Below are positions 15,764-23,567 of a stretch of DNA of 64,000 nt, one piece after another. The notes below the pieces were generated by a model. The model saw only the letters and a program-made list of their open reading frames with translations. It was not told where the DNA came from and did no database searches. This DNA comes from Bacteroidota bacterium (lineage in GTDB: Bacteria; Bacteroidota; Bacteroidia; Bacteroidales; FEN-979): assembly GCA_026391795.1 (NCBI GenBank), contig JAPLDI010000004.1:26068-90067 (forward strand), given 5' to 3'. Position 1 is the first letter of the stretch, and every line of letters begins with the position of its first letter. The position numbers and the translations under genes are program-made.

Positions 15764-17920
15764 ATGGCTGAAACGGTTTCGCTGGAACAATTGCTTGCTT
15801 TTCCTTTTTCTGAAGAAGAAAAGGAAAAGATTCGTCGTGCATTTCTGCTTGCCGAAGAACATTCCCGGAAGGAGAAAAATCATGAATTCATGCAGGAGCT
15901 GCTGCAAACTGCCGAACTCCTGGTCACCGAATTAAACCTCCCGGCAGAAGCAGTCCTTGCCATCTTTCTTAAAGAACCTGCATCCGGAGACATTTCCGAA
16001 GAAAAGATCATAAGCAGTTACGGAAAACCCGTGTGGGAACTCATCTCCGGCCTCCGGAAGATCGACCGGATGGATACGGCAAAATACAGGTCAAATGCCG
16101 AGAACTTTATCAAACTCCTGCTGACCATTTCCGATGATATCCGTGTGATCCTTATTTCCCTCGGCCAGCGGCTGCAGGAGATGCGTCATATCGTTGATCT
16201 CCCTGCCGAAAAACAGTCGCGGATTTCCGGCGAAACAACCTTGCTGTATGTTCCGCTGGCCCATCGCATTGGCCTCTACCGGATCAAAACCGAATTGGAG
16301 GACCTCGTCATGCAGTTCTCCGATCCGGAGATCTACAGCAAGATACGGCAGAAGATCCAGGAAACGCAAAAAGACCGTGACCGCTACACGGCTGAATTCA
16401 TCCGGCCTATCAGGGAAAGACTGAAGGAAAACGGATTTACCTGCGAAATCAAAGGCCGTGTAAAATCGATCCCCTCGATCCACCGGAAGATGATCGCACA
16501 GAAAGTTGACTTTGACAAAGTGTACGACCTGTTTGCCATCCGCATCATCATCGACAACACCCTGGAAAACGAAAAAGCCGATTGCTGGAAAGTATATTCT
16601 CTCGTCACCGATATTTACACTCCAAACCCGCGCCGTCTGCGCGACTGGATCTCATTTCCCAAACTTACCGGTTACGAATCGCTTCATACCACCGTTATTG
16701 GCCCGGAAGGAAGATGGGTGGAAGTCCAGATCCGGACACGGCACATGGATGACATTGCCGAAAAAAGCATTGCCGCACACTGGAAATACAAATCGGAAAG
16801 CAAGACCGACGGCCGGACCGATTTTTATGCGGCCATCCGGGAGATGCTTGAAAACCCGCTGCCAACCTCTCCCGAGATGGATATCAGCCGGGAGAAAAAA
16901 GAACTCTACCGCGACGAAATCTTTATCTTCACCCCCAAGGGTGATCTGAAAAAGCTGAAGGCAGGATATACCGTCCTCGATTTCGCCTTTGAAGTTCATA
17001 CCGACATCGGGTCAACCTGCACCGGCGCCATCGTCAACGGCATCATGGTCCCGCTGAAGCATGTGCTGACCAATGGAGACACCGTTAAGATCCTTACCTC
17101 CAAAAACCAGAAGCCAAGCCACAACTGGCTGGAATTCGTGAAGAGCCCCAGGGTTCAGACCCGTATCCGTCATGCCTTGAAGATGGAGAGCTACAAGGAT
17201 TCGGATGCCGGGAAGGAGATCCTGAAAAACAAGGTTACCCAGCTCGGAATGGAATTTACAGACCTGGTGATAAACCGGCTTGTCGAATCTTTCGGGTGCG
17301 AAAATTACCTTGACCTTTACCAGCGTTTCGGCGAAGGCCGGCTGGATCCGCTGAAGATAAAAAAGGCGCTGACAGAAACTGAAACCAAAGTGCTGCCCGG
17401 TACGCCGCAAAGGGAAGAGTCGTTGCCCGAAAGGATATCCGAAGTGATCTCCGGGAAAAAAGATTTCATCGTCATCGACAAAAAGATCGACTCCATCCAC
17501 TATGAATTTGCCCGTTGCTGCGGCCCTATCCCGGGCGACAAGATTTTTGCTTTCGTCAGCGTCACCCAGGGAATCCGCATTCACAAGACAACCTGCCCCA
17601 ATGCCCACGACCTGATTTCCCGGTATCCTTACCGCATCATCGAGGCACGGTGGAAAGCGGTGGATACGGAAAAGAGTTTTACGGCGAACCTGGTTGTGAC
17701 CGGAAAATTCAGCAAAGATATCGTCACCCGGCTGACCCAGGTTCTGAGCAACGAGATGAAGGTCAGTGTGCGTTCAACACGGGTTACAACCCACCCCGAC
17801 GGATCCTATAGCTGTGAGATCGGGATCCTCATCAACAGTACGGTTCGCCTGGATGAAGTCATTAAAAAGCTGCTGAAGCAGAAGGAGGTGGAGCGTGTGG
17901 TAAGGGCAGGCGGCAACTAA
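15764..17920 (+). CDS. relA: Long RelA/SpoT-homologue (p)ppGpp synthetase with a degenerate hydrolase domain (RelA-like)
   Basis: Synthetase motifs RVKSIPSIHRKM, YDLFAIRIII and ESLHTTVIGPEGRWVEVQIRTRHMD. TGS segment IFIFTPKGDLKKL and a C-terminal ACT-like region. LAIFLKEPASGD stands where HDxxED is expected. Confidence 0.9.
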   Translation: MAETVSLEQLLAFPFSEEEKEKIRRAFLLAEEHSRKEKNHEFMQELLQTAELLVTELNLPAEAVLAIFLKEPASGDISEEKIISSYGKPVWELISGLRKIDRMDTAKYRSNAENFIKLLLTISDDIRVILISLGQRLQEMRHIVDLPAEKQSRISGETTLLYVPLAHRIGLYRIKTELEDLVMQFSDPEIYSKIRQKIQETQKDRDRYTAEFIRPIRERLKENGFTCEIKGRVKSIPSIHRKMIAQKVDFDKVYDLFAIRIIIDNTLENEKADCWKVYSLVTDIYTPNPRRLRDWISFPKLTGYESLHTTVIGPEGRWVEVQIRTRHMDDIAEKSIAAHWKYKSESKTDGRTDFYAAIREMLENPLPTSPEMDISREKKELYRDEIFIFTPKGDLKKLKAGYTVLDFAFEVHTDIGSTCTGAIVNGIMVPLKHVLTNGDTVKILTSKNQKPSHNWLEFVKSPRVQTRIRHALKMESYKDSDAGKEILKNKVTQLGMEFTDLVINRLVESFGCENYLDLYQRFGEGRLDPLKIKKALTETETKVLPGTPQREESLPERISEVISGKKDFIVIDKKIDSIHYEFARCCGPIPGDKIFAFVSVTQGIRIHKTTCPNAHDLISRYPYRIIEARWKAVDTEKSFTANLVVTGKFSKDIVTRLTQVLSNEMKVSVRSTRVTTHPDGSYSCEIGILINSTVRLDEVIKKLLKQKEVERVVRAGGN

Positions 17921-17954
17921 AACTTTTGTGAGGTGCGTAACAAAAAATTCTTTT

Positions 17955-17981
17955 TTAGCGCCTTAGCGCCTTAGCGGTGAA
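17955..17981. repeat. CTAAGGCG octamer x3 (F3-like), forming the esterase C-terminus and stop
   Basis: The - strand reads ACCGCTAAGGCGCTAAGGCGCTAA and encodes ...TAKALRR*. Confidence 0.85.
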
Positions 17982-18761
17982 ATAAAATTCGAAAACAGCC
18001 TTGTTTTGTGAATTCCAAAAAGTATAATTATGCCCGCAGGTATCGCATAAGGCAAGCTGATGTCCGAGTGCAGGATTTTCCCTCCTGATTTTTTCTGAAA
18101 ACCCGATGGATTGCTGGCAGGGAACGACAGCATCCCGTTTCCCGTGTGCGAGGTAAAGGGCTGTTTTCAGGCGGTCAGAATGCAGGGCGGGATTATCAGT
18201 GCCCTCCCACCTGGATTTAAACTGTTCATAGGATCCATAATATCCTGTCATCAGCCGGTCAGCCGGCATGAGGGTCTGGTCATAATCGCCCGACAAGGCA
18301 GCGCCGGCAAGGAACAGGCTGCCGGTATTCTCTGCAACAAGCGCTACGCCTCTTGCACCTGTCGAGATGCCGTAAAGGAAATTCTTGCCGCCTGAATTAA
18401 AAACCGAAAATTGCTTCCTGCAGAAAGGGATCAGCGTGTCGGTGATCCATTTCAGGGTCGGGTACCGTCGCCAGTCGTTCCTTGTTTCCGGGAAAAGCTC
18501 CGAAGAATATACGCTTTTCAGCATTTCCGGAAGGACGAGGATATATCCCCGTTTTGCTGCCTCTTCGCAAAAAGCGCTTTTGTTGCACACATCGCTCCGG
18601 CCGAAATTCCAGCCGGGAAGCACCAGGATGGCGCCTGCGACGGGATTTCCCGGGAAACGAAAATCTACCGGAACAACCCCGACAAGGATCGTCGTATCAT
18701 GCTCCGCTTTTACCTGGAGTCCCGAAAATAAAAAAAGTGCCGAGAGGAATAAATTCCGCAT
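17955..18761 (-). CDS. Secreted alpha/beta-hydrolase (esterase-like)
   Basis: Signal peptide MRNLFLSALFLFSGLQVKA. Nucleophile elbow G-I-S-T-G (LYGISTGARG) and a late His (CDTCGHNY). Confidence 0.7.
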   Translation of the reverse strand: MRNLFLSALFLFSGLQVKAEHDTTILVGVVPVDFRFPGNPVAGAILVLPGWNFGRSDVCNKSAFCEEAAKRGYILVLPEMLKSVYSSELFPETRNDWRRYPTLKWITDTLIPFCRKQFSVFNSGGKNFLYGISTGARGVALVAENTGSLFLAGAALSGDYDQTLMPADRLMTGYYGSYEQFKSRWEGTDNPALHSDRLKTALYLAHGKRDAVVPCQQSIGFSEKIRRENPALGHQLALCDTCGHNYTFWNSQNKAVFEFYFTAKALRR

Positions 18762-20394
18762 TGAAAATCATTGGTTTCTTAATGTAAAAGTACAAAATGT
18801 TAAGCTGTTTTGTTGAAACGCCTCTGTGACCCTCTGTGTCTTCTCTGTGAACCTCTGTGTAATTTCTAAACTTGATGAACCCCAGGATATACATTCCCTT
18901 AAGCAGCGCCCCCAGTTCAATCCGGCTTTTATTTTCCTGCCGAAGGATGCACCGGCCCGGGAGATCGTAGATTGCAACCTGAAACTTTGTATTCTCTTTG
19001 AGATACCCGGGGTTAAGCTCTGCATAAGAAGAACGGATGACCGAAGGTATGATCTGCAGCTGACTATTGCCGGCGACATCCCGGATCCCGGAAACAGGCG
19101 GGAGCATGTGAAAATTGAAATATTCCTGGTTCTGACCTGACCGTTTGTCGGCCCAGGTTCCGTAAACTGCGGAATCGGAGAGGGAGGCTCCCAGAAAATC
19201 GTTACCTGTTAACCCTGTGAAAAGGGATCCCGGTGTCTGGCTCAGGGCGAAGTTCGGTGAAAATGTGACCCCTTTGTCTGTGGAATAAGAACCATAGATC
19301 CGGTAATCGGAATTTGGTTCTGAGGTTCCGTTGCGGCGGTCGCGCCAGAGTGCTGAATAAGTCCCTTTTCCCGAGAATCCGCCCCAGCACATGTCCTGGC
19401 CTTTTCCGTTACCCACCGGATCATCGTTCAGCCTTGCGGTCGTGCTCCAGGTAGCACCGCCGTCCTGCGAAACGTTAACCCAGATGTCCCAGTCACCCTC
19501 CCGGCGGTCGGTAAGGATATGGATCAGGTTGGTGCTGTCGGCCGGATTGGCTGCCAGGTGATAACTGTACTGGTAGAGGCTGTCGCCCGGGGGTATCGCG
19601 GAGGAAAACGGCAATTCCGAGATGATGCCGGTTGTGAATGTCTGCCCGCCATCATCCGACTTTACAAAAACATCCCTGACATGCAGGTTCTGTGAAATAT
19701 CGTAGGAAAGGTAGTTCACAAAAAGGACTCCGTCGGCCGACACGCAGGGTACGCCCATCGTATTTGCAGTTCCGCCGACCGGCAATGAATCGTCAAGGAT
19801 CTTCGGCGTCTCCCAGGTCACTCCTTCGTCGGATGACCGGATAAGATAAATATGGTGCGTGACGGTTGCCTGTTTGATCGATTTGGTGACGAGGTAGAGC
19901 GTTCCCTTTGAAGGACCGTTACTGTTGTCGACGGCCAGCCAGGGACGATCGATGGGAATATCGGGAGCAGCCGACGCATCGATAGCCAGGACAGGAACAC
20001 TCCAGGAGGCTCCGCCGTCGGTCGATTTCGTGATGTAAACGGCTCCTTCGGAAAGTGTGATATTGTTATAATCGATATAGGCAAAAAACAGGGTTCCGTC
20101 CGAAGATGCAATCAATGCAGGATCGGCAGAGGTGAAGGAGGAAGAAAAATGAGGCATGTACACCGGGGCCTGCCAGGTGTTCCCGTGATCGGACGAACGG
20201 CTGATCGCAATGGATACGGTATTCAGCGAGGTCAGTTTCATCCAGGCAGCAACAAGAATTGCCGTATTGGAAGGATCAACCGCCAGGCTGATCTCCCCGT
20301 TCCAGGTGAAGTTCGGGTTTACAGGAACATCGTTCTGCGCATGTACGACGAAAACAGAGAATGCAAAAAGTGCCGAGAGGAATAAATTCCGCAT
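18697..20394 (-). CDS. Secreted BNR/Asp-box six-bladed propeller protein (sialidase-like fold) with a T9SS sorting domain whose last strand is replaced
   Basis: Six Asp-boxes: SSDHGNTW, STDGGASW, SSDEGVTW, SDDGGQTF, SQDGGATW and STDKGVTF. The CTD-like ...VAIYDLPGRCIL...LLKGMYILGF then reads for 59 codons through duplicate block A and into the esterase gene. Confidence 0.7.
   Translation of the reverse strand: MRNLFLSALFAFSVFVVHAQNDVPVNPNFTWNGEISLAVDPSNTAILVAAWMKLTSLNTVSIAISRSSDHGNTWQAPVYMPHFSSSFTSADPALIASSDGTLFFAYIDYNNITLSEGAVYITKSTDGGASWSVPVLAIDASAAPDIPIDRPWLAVDNSNGPSKGTLYLVTKSIKQATVTHHIYLIRSSDEGVTWETPKILDDSLPVGGTANTMGVPCVSADGVLFVNYLSYDISQNLHVRDVFVKSDDGGQTFTTGIISELPFSSAIPPGDSLYQYSYHLAANPADSTNLIHILTDRREGDWDIWVNVSQDGGATWSTTARLNDDPVGNGKGQDMCWGGFSGKGTYSALWRDRRNGTSEPNSDYRIYGSYSTDKGVTFSPNFALSQTPGSLFTGLTGNDFLGASLSDSAVYGTWADKRSGQNQEYFNFHMLPPVSGIRDVAGNSQLQIIPSVIRSSYAELNPGYLKENTKFQVAIYDLPGRCILRQENKSRIELGALLKGMYILGFIKFRNYTEVHREDTEGHRGVSTKQLNILYFYIKKPMIFNAEFIPLGTFFIFGTPGKSGA
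18732..18874. repeat. 143-bp exact duplicate block, copy A (promoter region plus first 10 codons MRNLFLSALF)
   Basis: By eye it is identical to 20365-20507. It includes an F2 module and TTTGTACTTTTA on the - strand. Confidence 0.9.
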
Positions 20395-20507
20395 TGAAAA
20401 TCATTGGTTTCTTAATGTAAAAGTACAAAATGTTAAGCTGTTTTGTTGAAACGCCTCTGTGACCCTCTGTGTCTTCTCTGTGAACCTCTGTGTAATTTCT
20501 AAACTTG
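20365..20507. repeat. 143-bp exact duplicate block, copy B
   Basis: Identical to 18732-18874. It carries the start of the BNR gene (MRNLFLSALF). Confidence 0.9.
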
Positions 20508-20567
20508 TTGAAACGCCTCTGTGACCCTCTGTGTCTTCTCTGTGAACCTCTGTGTAATTTCTAAACT
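20444..20567. repeat. 62-bp tandem duplication (2 units) of an F2 module
   Basis: TGTTGAAACGCCTCTGTGACCCTCTGTGTCTTCTCTGTGAACCTCTGTGTAATTTCTAAACT occurs twice, head to tail. Confidence 0.9.
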
Positions 20568-20596
20568 ATTTTTACCGCAAAGACGCTGAGACGCAA
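20567..20596. repeat. ACCGCAAAG-family module (F3)
   Basis: TTTTTACCGCAAAGACGCTGAGACGCAAAG, followed at 20611-20623 by AAATCGTAAATTG, which is also found at 54937-54949. Confidence 0.85.
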
Positions 20597-20678
20597 AGAA
20601 ATGTTCATTTGTAAATCGTAAATTGAAATTTTTGTACTTTTATCCAAAAGAATTCAGTTTAAACCAATCCGAACCGCC

Positions 20679-21086
20679 ATGAAAAAGATCCTCTTTCTCC
20701 TGCTGATCTTATTATCAGTTGTTTCATGCTCAAAAAAGAGTGACAGCACCTCAACCGGGTATTCAAATAAACTGACCCTGGGCACCGGGCTCAATGCAAC
20801 CAATCCATTTGAGCTGACGGGTGTTTCAACAACGTTTCCTGTCTCCACTACTATTTTCTTCCGCCTTGAGAGTGTTGACGACATGGGAGGATCAAAGGTC
20901 AGGATCCAGGTCGACCACCAGGACGGAACACCTTATGTAACCGTTCCCGATTTCGATAACCCTTCCTCTTACGGACATATTTTCCTTTCCGGATTTTCCC
21001 TGCCCGATAAAGGAAGCTACAAGGCAACCGGGATCCTGGTCACCGGAAACAAGACGATCGCATCCATTAATTTTGTGCTGAACTAG
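20679..21086 (+). CDS. Hypothetical lipoprotein
   Basis: The lipobox LLSVVSC follows MKKILFLLLIL. 135 aa, no recognised family. Confidence 0.55.
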   Translation: MKKILFLLLILLSVVSCSKKSDSTSTGYSNKLTLGTGLNATNPFELTGVSTTFPVSTTIFFRLESVDDMGGSKVRIQVDHQDGTPYVTVPDFDNPSSYGHIFLSGFSLPDKGSYKATGILVTGNKTIASINFVLN

Positions 21087-21130
21087 TCAGCTGATGAGCT
21101 GGCGAGTTGCTGAGCTGGTGAGCTGATGGG
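21087..21130. repeat. CTGATGAG-family octamer array (F1) abutting a stop codon
   Basis: TCAGCTGATGAGCTGGCGAGTTGCTGAGCTGGTGAGCTGATGGG directly follows TAG at 21084-21086. Confidence 0.9.
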
Positions 21131-21162
21131 TTAATAATAAATGGCGAAAGGTTTTTTGTCAG

Positions 21163-21209
21163 CCTTTGCGTGCTTTGCTATAACCTTTGCGAACTTTGCG
21201 GTTAAAAAA
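21163..21209. repeat. CTTTGCGGTTAA-family module (F3, reverse orientation)
   Basis: CCTTTGCGTGCTTTGCTATAACCTTTGCGAACTTTGCGGTTAAAAAA. Confidence 0.85.
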
Positions 21210-21284
21210 CAAGAAGGAAAATAGAGGTTCCCTGATTTACGATCTTGCGGTTTATGGAATAATTCTTACCTTCGCCTGTACATT

Positions 21285-21359
21285 GGGATGTTAGCTCAGT
21301 CGGTTCAGAGTGCATGCTTCACACGCATGAGGTCGGGAGTTCGAATCTCCCACATCCCA
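21285..21359 (+). tRNA. tRNA-Val (anticodon CAC)
   Basis: Acceptor stem GGGATGT/ACATCCC. D arm GCTC..GAGT. Anticodon stem CATGC/GCATG with loop TTCACAC. T arm GGGAG-TTCGAAT-CTCCC. Discriminator A; no encoded CCA. Confidence 0.9.
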
Positions 21360-21368
21360 CTTCAATCA

Positions 21369-21399
21369 ATTACCAATTAGGAATTACGAATTACGAATT
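21369..21399. repeat. CGTAATT-family repeat (F6, reverse orientation)
   Basis: ATTACCAATTAGGAATTACGAATTACGAATT. Confidence 0.85.
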
Positions 21400-21414
21400 C
21401 TGTTACGCTGCCCA

Positions 21415-21434
21415 CGTAATTTCGCTATTTTTTT
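21415..21434. repeat. TTTCGCTATTT-family module (F11)
   Basis: CGTAATTTCGCTATTTTTTT. Compare 55398-55436 and 31718-31752. Confidence 0.7.
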
Positions 21435-21436
21435 AA

Positions 21437-21460
21437 CTCACCACCTCACCACCTCACCAC
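21437..21460. repeat. CTCACCAC octamer x3 (F10)
   Basis: CTCACCACCTCACCACCTCACCAC lies 4 nt from the stop of the HD-domain gene. Confidence 0.9.
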
Positions 21461-21464
21461 TTAC

Positions 21465-22025
21465 TTAAAGTCCAATGCTGCCAGCTATCGGTAACATGGA
21501 GGTAATTGCCAGTTCGGCGAACTCTTCGATCGGGATTCCGATCTTTTCGCATTCCAGGATGTTCTCCCTTTTTACAGAGGCGGCAAACATCTTTTCCTTC
21601 ATCCGCTTGACCACTGATTTTGGTTTTACACTCGTGAGTTTCCGGTCGGGATAAACATAGGTTGTTGCAAAGATCAGCCCCGTGATGGTTTCTCCTGCCG
21701 CCAGGGCATGCTGGAATTTCGTATTGCGCTCTTGCCCAGCTGAGACCTCGTTGTGCATCCGGATGGCATCGAGAATATCCGGATCCACATCATACTCTTT
21801 CAGTAATACCTCGGTCTGGGTGCCATGAATTGCCGGTTCGGCGTTGGTGGTCTCCACATCCAGGTCGTGCAGCAGTCCGGCAAGTCCCCATTTCTCTTCA
21901 TCTTCTCCAAGCCGCCGGGCAAGTCCGCGCATCACCGCCTCCGAGGCGAAGCAATGAAAGATCATCTTTTCGTTCTTTACATACTGGTGGAGAAGATCAA
22001 GGGCGATGTTGCGTGTAATTGTCAT
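21465..22025 (-). CDS. HD-domain metal-dependent phosphohydrolase
   Basis: 186 aa with H...HD signature FHCFASEAV...GLAGLLHDLD. Confidence 0.7.
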   Translation of the reverse strand: MTITRNIALDLLHQYVKNEKMIFHCFASEAVMRGLARRLGEDEEKWGLAGLLHDLDVETTNAEPAIHGTQTEVLLKEYDVDPDILDAIRMHNEVSAGQERNTKFQHALAAGETITGLIFATTYVYPDRKLTSVKPKSVVKRMKEKMFAASVKRENILECEKIGIPIEEFAELAITSMLPIAGSIGL

Positions 22026-22056
22026 ATGTGGTGATTTTAATAAGCTGATCAGCTAT

Positions 22057-23502
22057 CTAAAGTCCGTACTCATCAATCAAATACACCATCGCTGCCATCG
22101 AGGCAGTTCCCAACTGCAGCTCACGGATGTTTACCGCTTTGAAGGTATCATTGGCCGAATGGTGGTAATCAAAATAGCGTTGCGAATCGGGTACCAGCCC
22201 GAGCAAAGGCACCCCCTGCTCCTTCAGCTTGCCGACATCGACACCGCTTCCCCCTTTCTCGAAGAAAAACAATCCATAAGGGAGAAGAAGGTTTTTCCAC
22301 GACTGGATTTTTTTCACCTGGTTGTCAGTACCGTCGATAGAGAAACCCCACGGCGTGAAACCTCCACGATCGGCTTCAATGGCGGCAACGTGACGATAGG
22401 GTTGAGTCAGCGGATGAGCAGTTCCCGAGGTATTTTGTTTATCCAGCATCCAGTATCCAGCATCCAGCATCTTTTTCGAAGCCTCCGCATAGGCTTTCGC
22501 TCCACGCTGTTCCATCTCCTCATCCATGAAGACCACGACGCGGATCGTATGTTTCGTTTTCAGGTTAAGCGATTTGCAGAGTCTTAAAATATCGATGGAC
22601 TGAACCACGCCAGCCCCGTCGTCGTGTGCACCCTGGCCGATATCCCAGCAGTCGAGGTGACCGCCGAAGGCAATGATCTCATCGGGGTGTTCTGTCCCGC
22701 GGAGCTCGCCGATCACATTGTAGGAGACCGCTTCCGGAAGTTCGGTGCAGGAGGTTTTCAGAAATATTTTCAGCTCCGGGTCTGCTTTGATCCATTTGCT
22801 CAGTTCATCAGCCTCCAGAGTGCTGACCGACAGCGCCGGGATCTTGTTCACGGTATCTGCATAATGCATTACGCCGGTATGCGGGAAGTTGTCGAGCGAG
22901 GTTGTGGCAGAACGGTCTATCATGGCAATGGCGCCGTAGTAAGCCGCCTGAACGGCTCCGCGCACACGGTAGCCCGCCACTCCGCCATAGGCGGCAAACG
23001 TATTATAGAGGGAGGGATCGGCGGGATGGTTGATGAAGACGATCTTACCGGAAACTTTTTCTTTGCCAAGTTTCTTCAGTTCATCATAATCCTTCACCTC
23101 CACCACGTTCGCCGTGAGGCCGTTTGCTACTGTCGGAACAGACCCGCCAAGGGCGCAGATGACGAGCTCGTGGTTCCCGGCTTTGGCAGAGATCACCCTG
23201 CCGGTTTCTTTTGTCCCCCTTTCCCAGTGCCTCACCTTGCATTCCTGAAGATAAACCGTGTCCAGCCCCATTCCTTTCAGCAGCTGTTCTGCCCATTTCA
23301 CCGCTTTCATGGATTGGGCTGTTCCCGCCAGCCGCCCGGCGTATGAGCCGGTCAGGGTCCTCAGGTTATGATAGGAAGTGGTATCGGTAAGGGCATCAGT
23401 GAAAATGCGTTTGATAGCGATGCTGTCAGCATTCTGTGCTTTTGCCGTAGTGCCGGCAGAGATCAGAAAACAGAAAACGGAAATCAGAAGGATGTTTTTC
23501 AT
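22057..23502 (-). CDS. M28-family aminopeptidase (secreted)
   Basis: Signal peptide MKNILLISVFCFLISAGTTAKA. Metal-ligand region GGHLDCWDIGQGAHDDGAGVV. Later motifs FMDEE and YHHSANDT. Confidence 0.8.
   Translation of the reverse strand: MKNILLISVFCFLISAGTTAKAQNADSIAIKRIFTDALTDTTSYHNLRTLTGSYAGRLAGTAQSMKAVKWAEQLLKGMGLDTVYLQECKVRHWERGTKETGRVISAKAGNHELVICALGGSVPTVANGLTANVVEVKDYDELKKLGKEKVSGKIVFINHPADPSLYNTFAAYGGVAGYRVRGAVQAAYYGAIAMIDRSATTSLDNFPHTGVMHYADTVNKIPALSVSTLEADELSKWIKADPELKIFLKTSCTELPEAVSYNVIGELRGTEHPDEIIAFGGHLDCWDIGQGAHDDGAGVVQSIDILRLCKSLNLKTKHTIRVVVFMDEEMEQRGAKAYAEASKKMLDAGYWMLDKQNTSGTAHPLTQPYRHVAAIEADRGGFTPWGFSIDGTDNQVKKIQSWKNLLLPYGLFFFEKGGSGVDVGKLKEQGVPLLGLVPDSQRYFDYHHSANDTFKAVNIRELQLGTASMAAMVYLIDEYGL
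22441..22471. repeat. ATCCAG(C/T) heptamers (F7) inside the M28 peptidase coding sequence
   Basis: ATCCAGCATCCAGTATCCAGCATCCAGCATC encodes ...MLDAGYWMLD... on the - strand. Same unit as the 32683-32808 array. Confidence 0.85.
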
Positions 23503-23522
23503 GATGCAAATTTACAGAAGTT

Positions 23523-23550
23523 AGCTGATGAGCTGACGACCTCATCAGCT
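23523..23550. repeat. Perfect F1 hairpin in a divergent promoter region
   Basis: AGCTGATGAG-CTGACGAC-CTCATCAGCT, with a 10-bp stem. Confidence 0.9.
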
Positions 23551-23567
23551 TTGTTTACCTTTACGCC

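Noticed and set aside
18697-18761. The 65-nt overlap of the BNR-propeller ORF with the esterase gene, taken as a genuine overlapping-gene arrangement.
   Set aside because: The overlap is produced by the 143-bp duplicated block replacing the natural 3' end. It is reported as a finding (rearrangement or misassembly) rather than as designed overlap.
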